The notes beneath the pieces are model-generated. The model ran no database searches and had not been told where the DNA came from. It saw only the letters and a program-made list of their open reading frames with translations. The translations under genes and the position numbers were made by a program. DNA of 64,000 nt from Octopus bimaculoides (Eukaryota), in assembly GCF_001194135.2 (NCBI RefSeq), contig NC_068984.1:133867908-133931907 (forward strand), read 5' to 3'. Each line of letters starts with the position of its first letter. Position 1 is the first letter of the stretch. Below, one piece after another: positions 62,719-64,000 of the stretch.

Positions 62719-63271
62719 CTGAAAAAAAAAAAAAAAAAAAAGAAACAAAATAAAAATAATTATTATTCAATAAATACTCAAGTCTAGAAAGGAAGATTCC
62801 TGTCTTCCTCTTTAGAAATCAGATTGTATCAATTCTGATTTCCTGAAAGGAAGACAAGAATCAATATAGTCAGAGAATAAATGTTGTTAAAGAAATCAGA
62901 GTTTTTGGAGAAGATTATCAACTTTGACAGCCAACAAATACTCAAACTAAATTTTCTTCATTTATCATTTTTGACACTAAACCCTCCTAAGACTGCCCTC
63001 TGGTTCTATTNNNNNNNNNNNNNNNNNNNNNNNNNNNNNNNNNNNNNNNNNNNNNNNNNNNNNNNNNNNNNNNNNNNNNNNNNNNNNNNNNNNNNNNNNN
63101 NNNNNNNNNNNNNNNNNNNNNNNNNNNNNNNNNNNNNNNNNNNNNNNNNNNNNNNNNNNNNNNNNNNNNNNNNNNNNNNNNNNNNNNNNNNNNNNNNNNN
63201 NNNNNNNNNNNNNNNNNNNNNNNNNNNNNNNNNNNNNNNNNNNNNNNNNNATATATATATATATATATATA

Positions 63272-63505
63272 TATTTCTTTATTGCCCACAAGGGGCTAAA
63301 CATAGAGGGGACAAACAAGGACAGACAAAGGGATTAAGTCGATTACATAAACTCCAGTGTGTAACTGGTACTTTATTTATCGACCCTGAAAGGATGAAAG
63401 GCAAAGTCGACCTCGGCAGAATTTGAACTCAGAACGTAATGGCAGACGAAATACCGCTAAGCATTCTGCCCGGTGCATTAGTGTTTCTGCCAGCTAGCCA
63501 CCTTT
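63272..63505 (-). mobile_element. Family D SINE, near-identical inverted partner of 61108-61335
   Basis: Both share the tail atcgacttaatccctttgtctgtccttgtttgtcccctctatgtt.agccccttgtgggcaataaagaaata. Confidence 0.88.
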
Positions 63506-63590
63506 ATATATATATATACCAGAGTAAGCACATAGATGCAAAACAAGATGGAAAAAAATAGTACTCAAATACCAGAGGTAGAGTAATATG

Positions 63591-63748
63591 CTTTATTCAT
63601 AAAGCTGCAAAGACATCACAAAAACTGTTACTCAGAGTTTGACATTTTTGTTCCTCGGACAGCTTCTCAACCAAAACTGTCTGACAAACAGGAATGTGAA
63701 ACTCTGAGTTACAGTTTTTATGATGTCTTTGTAGATTTATTAATAAAG
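63591..63748. repeat. Palindromic element of two head-to-head hammerhead-like units
   Basis: The ~56-bp outer arms are reverse complements with about 6-7 mismatches. Each half carries a hammerhead-core-like motif. Confidence 0.8.
63673..63718 (+). ncRNA. Putative minimal type I hammerhead ribozyme (G8 mutated)
   Basis: AAAACUGU-CUGACAA-ACA-GGAA-UGU-GAAA-CUC-U-GAG-U-U-ACAGUUUU. Perfect 8-bp stem I, 3-bp stem II, near-palindromic stem III ACUC(U)GAGU, GUU cleavage triplet. Confidence 0.65.
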
Positions 63749-63955
63749 TATATATATAAAAAATGAGTTTAAAAGGGATATATTATCCTGTTGGTTACCA
63801 TATTTCCTCTCAAGTCAGTTTCAGACACCAGCTGACTACAATAGTTCATATGTAGTACTCAAGCTGACAATGAGTTGTTAGGCCCTGGTAACTTCTCTTG
63901 CTGGGTAATTTCATGTGTCCTGTTCAGGACTACAAGTTACTCTATGGTGTGTGCG

Positions 63956-64000
<45 letters not shown>

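Noticed and set aside
1461-63426. Most ORF-track entries (poly-His, poly-Met, [12 protein letters not shown] and X-filled ORFs)
   Set aside because: They are translations of (CAT)n, (CA)n, (TA)n, (GA)n and (TATG)n microsatellites, N-gaps or SINE bodies, with no domain signal or splice support.
62719-64000. ZnT start codon, first exon or promoter
   Set aside because: No convincing phase-2 donor with an upstream ATG was found. It probably lies beyond the window or in the 63011-63250 gap.

Overview
AT-rich, repeat-dense eukaryotic (animal) genomic DNA with many N-gaps at microsatellites. The repeat families and (CAT)n/(TA)n/(CA)n load look like an octopus draft assembly; this is inference, no search was run. 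Almost all ORF-track entries are artefacts of microsatellites or N-runs. Two convergent, intron-rich genes could be rebuilt by hand. (1) + strand, 2033-20860: the 3' part of a gene with at least eight single-module LDL-receptor class A (LDLa) exons joined entirely in phase 1, ending in a stop right after the eighth module, with no EGF, YWTD or transmembrane domain downstream. (2) - strand, 60838-43147, plus a probable 32-nt exon at 62718-62687: a ZnT2/3/8-type SLC30 zinc transporter with HCH, HD-HD and CxxC motifs, an extended His-rich loop, and an apparent His-to-Met change at the interface zinc site. The start codon of neither gene was found. Introns and the ~22 kb intergenic region hold tRNA-headed modular SINEs, a Tc1 element, a pogo/Tigger remnant, RTE 3' ends, two R4/Dong-like retroelements sitting in (TAA)n, and piggyBac-, hAT- and Tc1/mariner-type MITEs. 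At least two repeats fold as minimal type I hammerhead ribozymes; one is a head-to-head palindromic pair. No CRISPR, rRNA or true tRNA was found.
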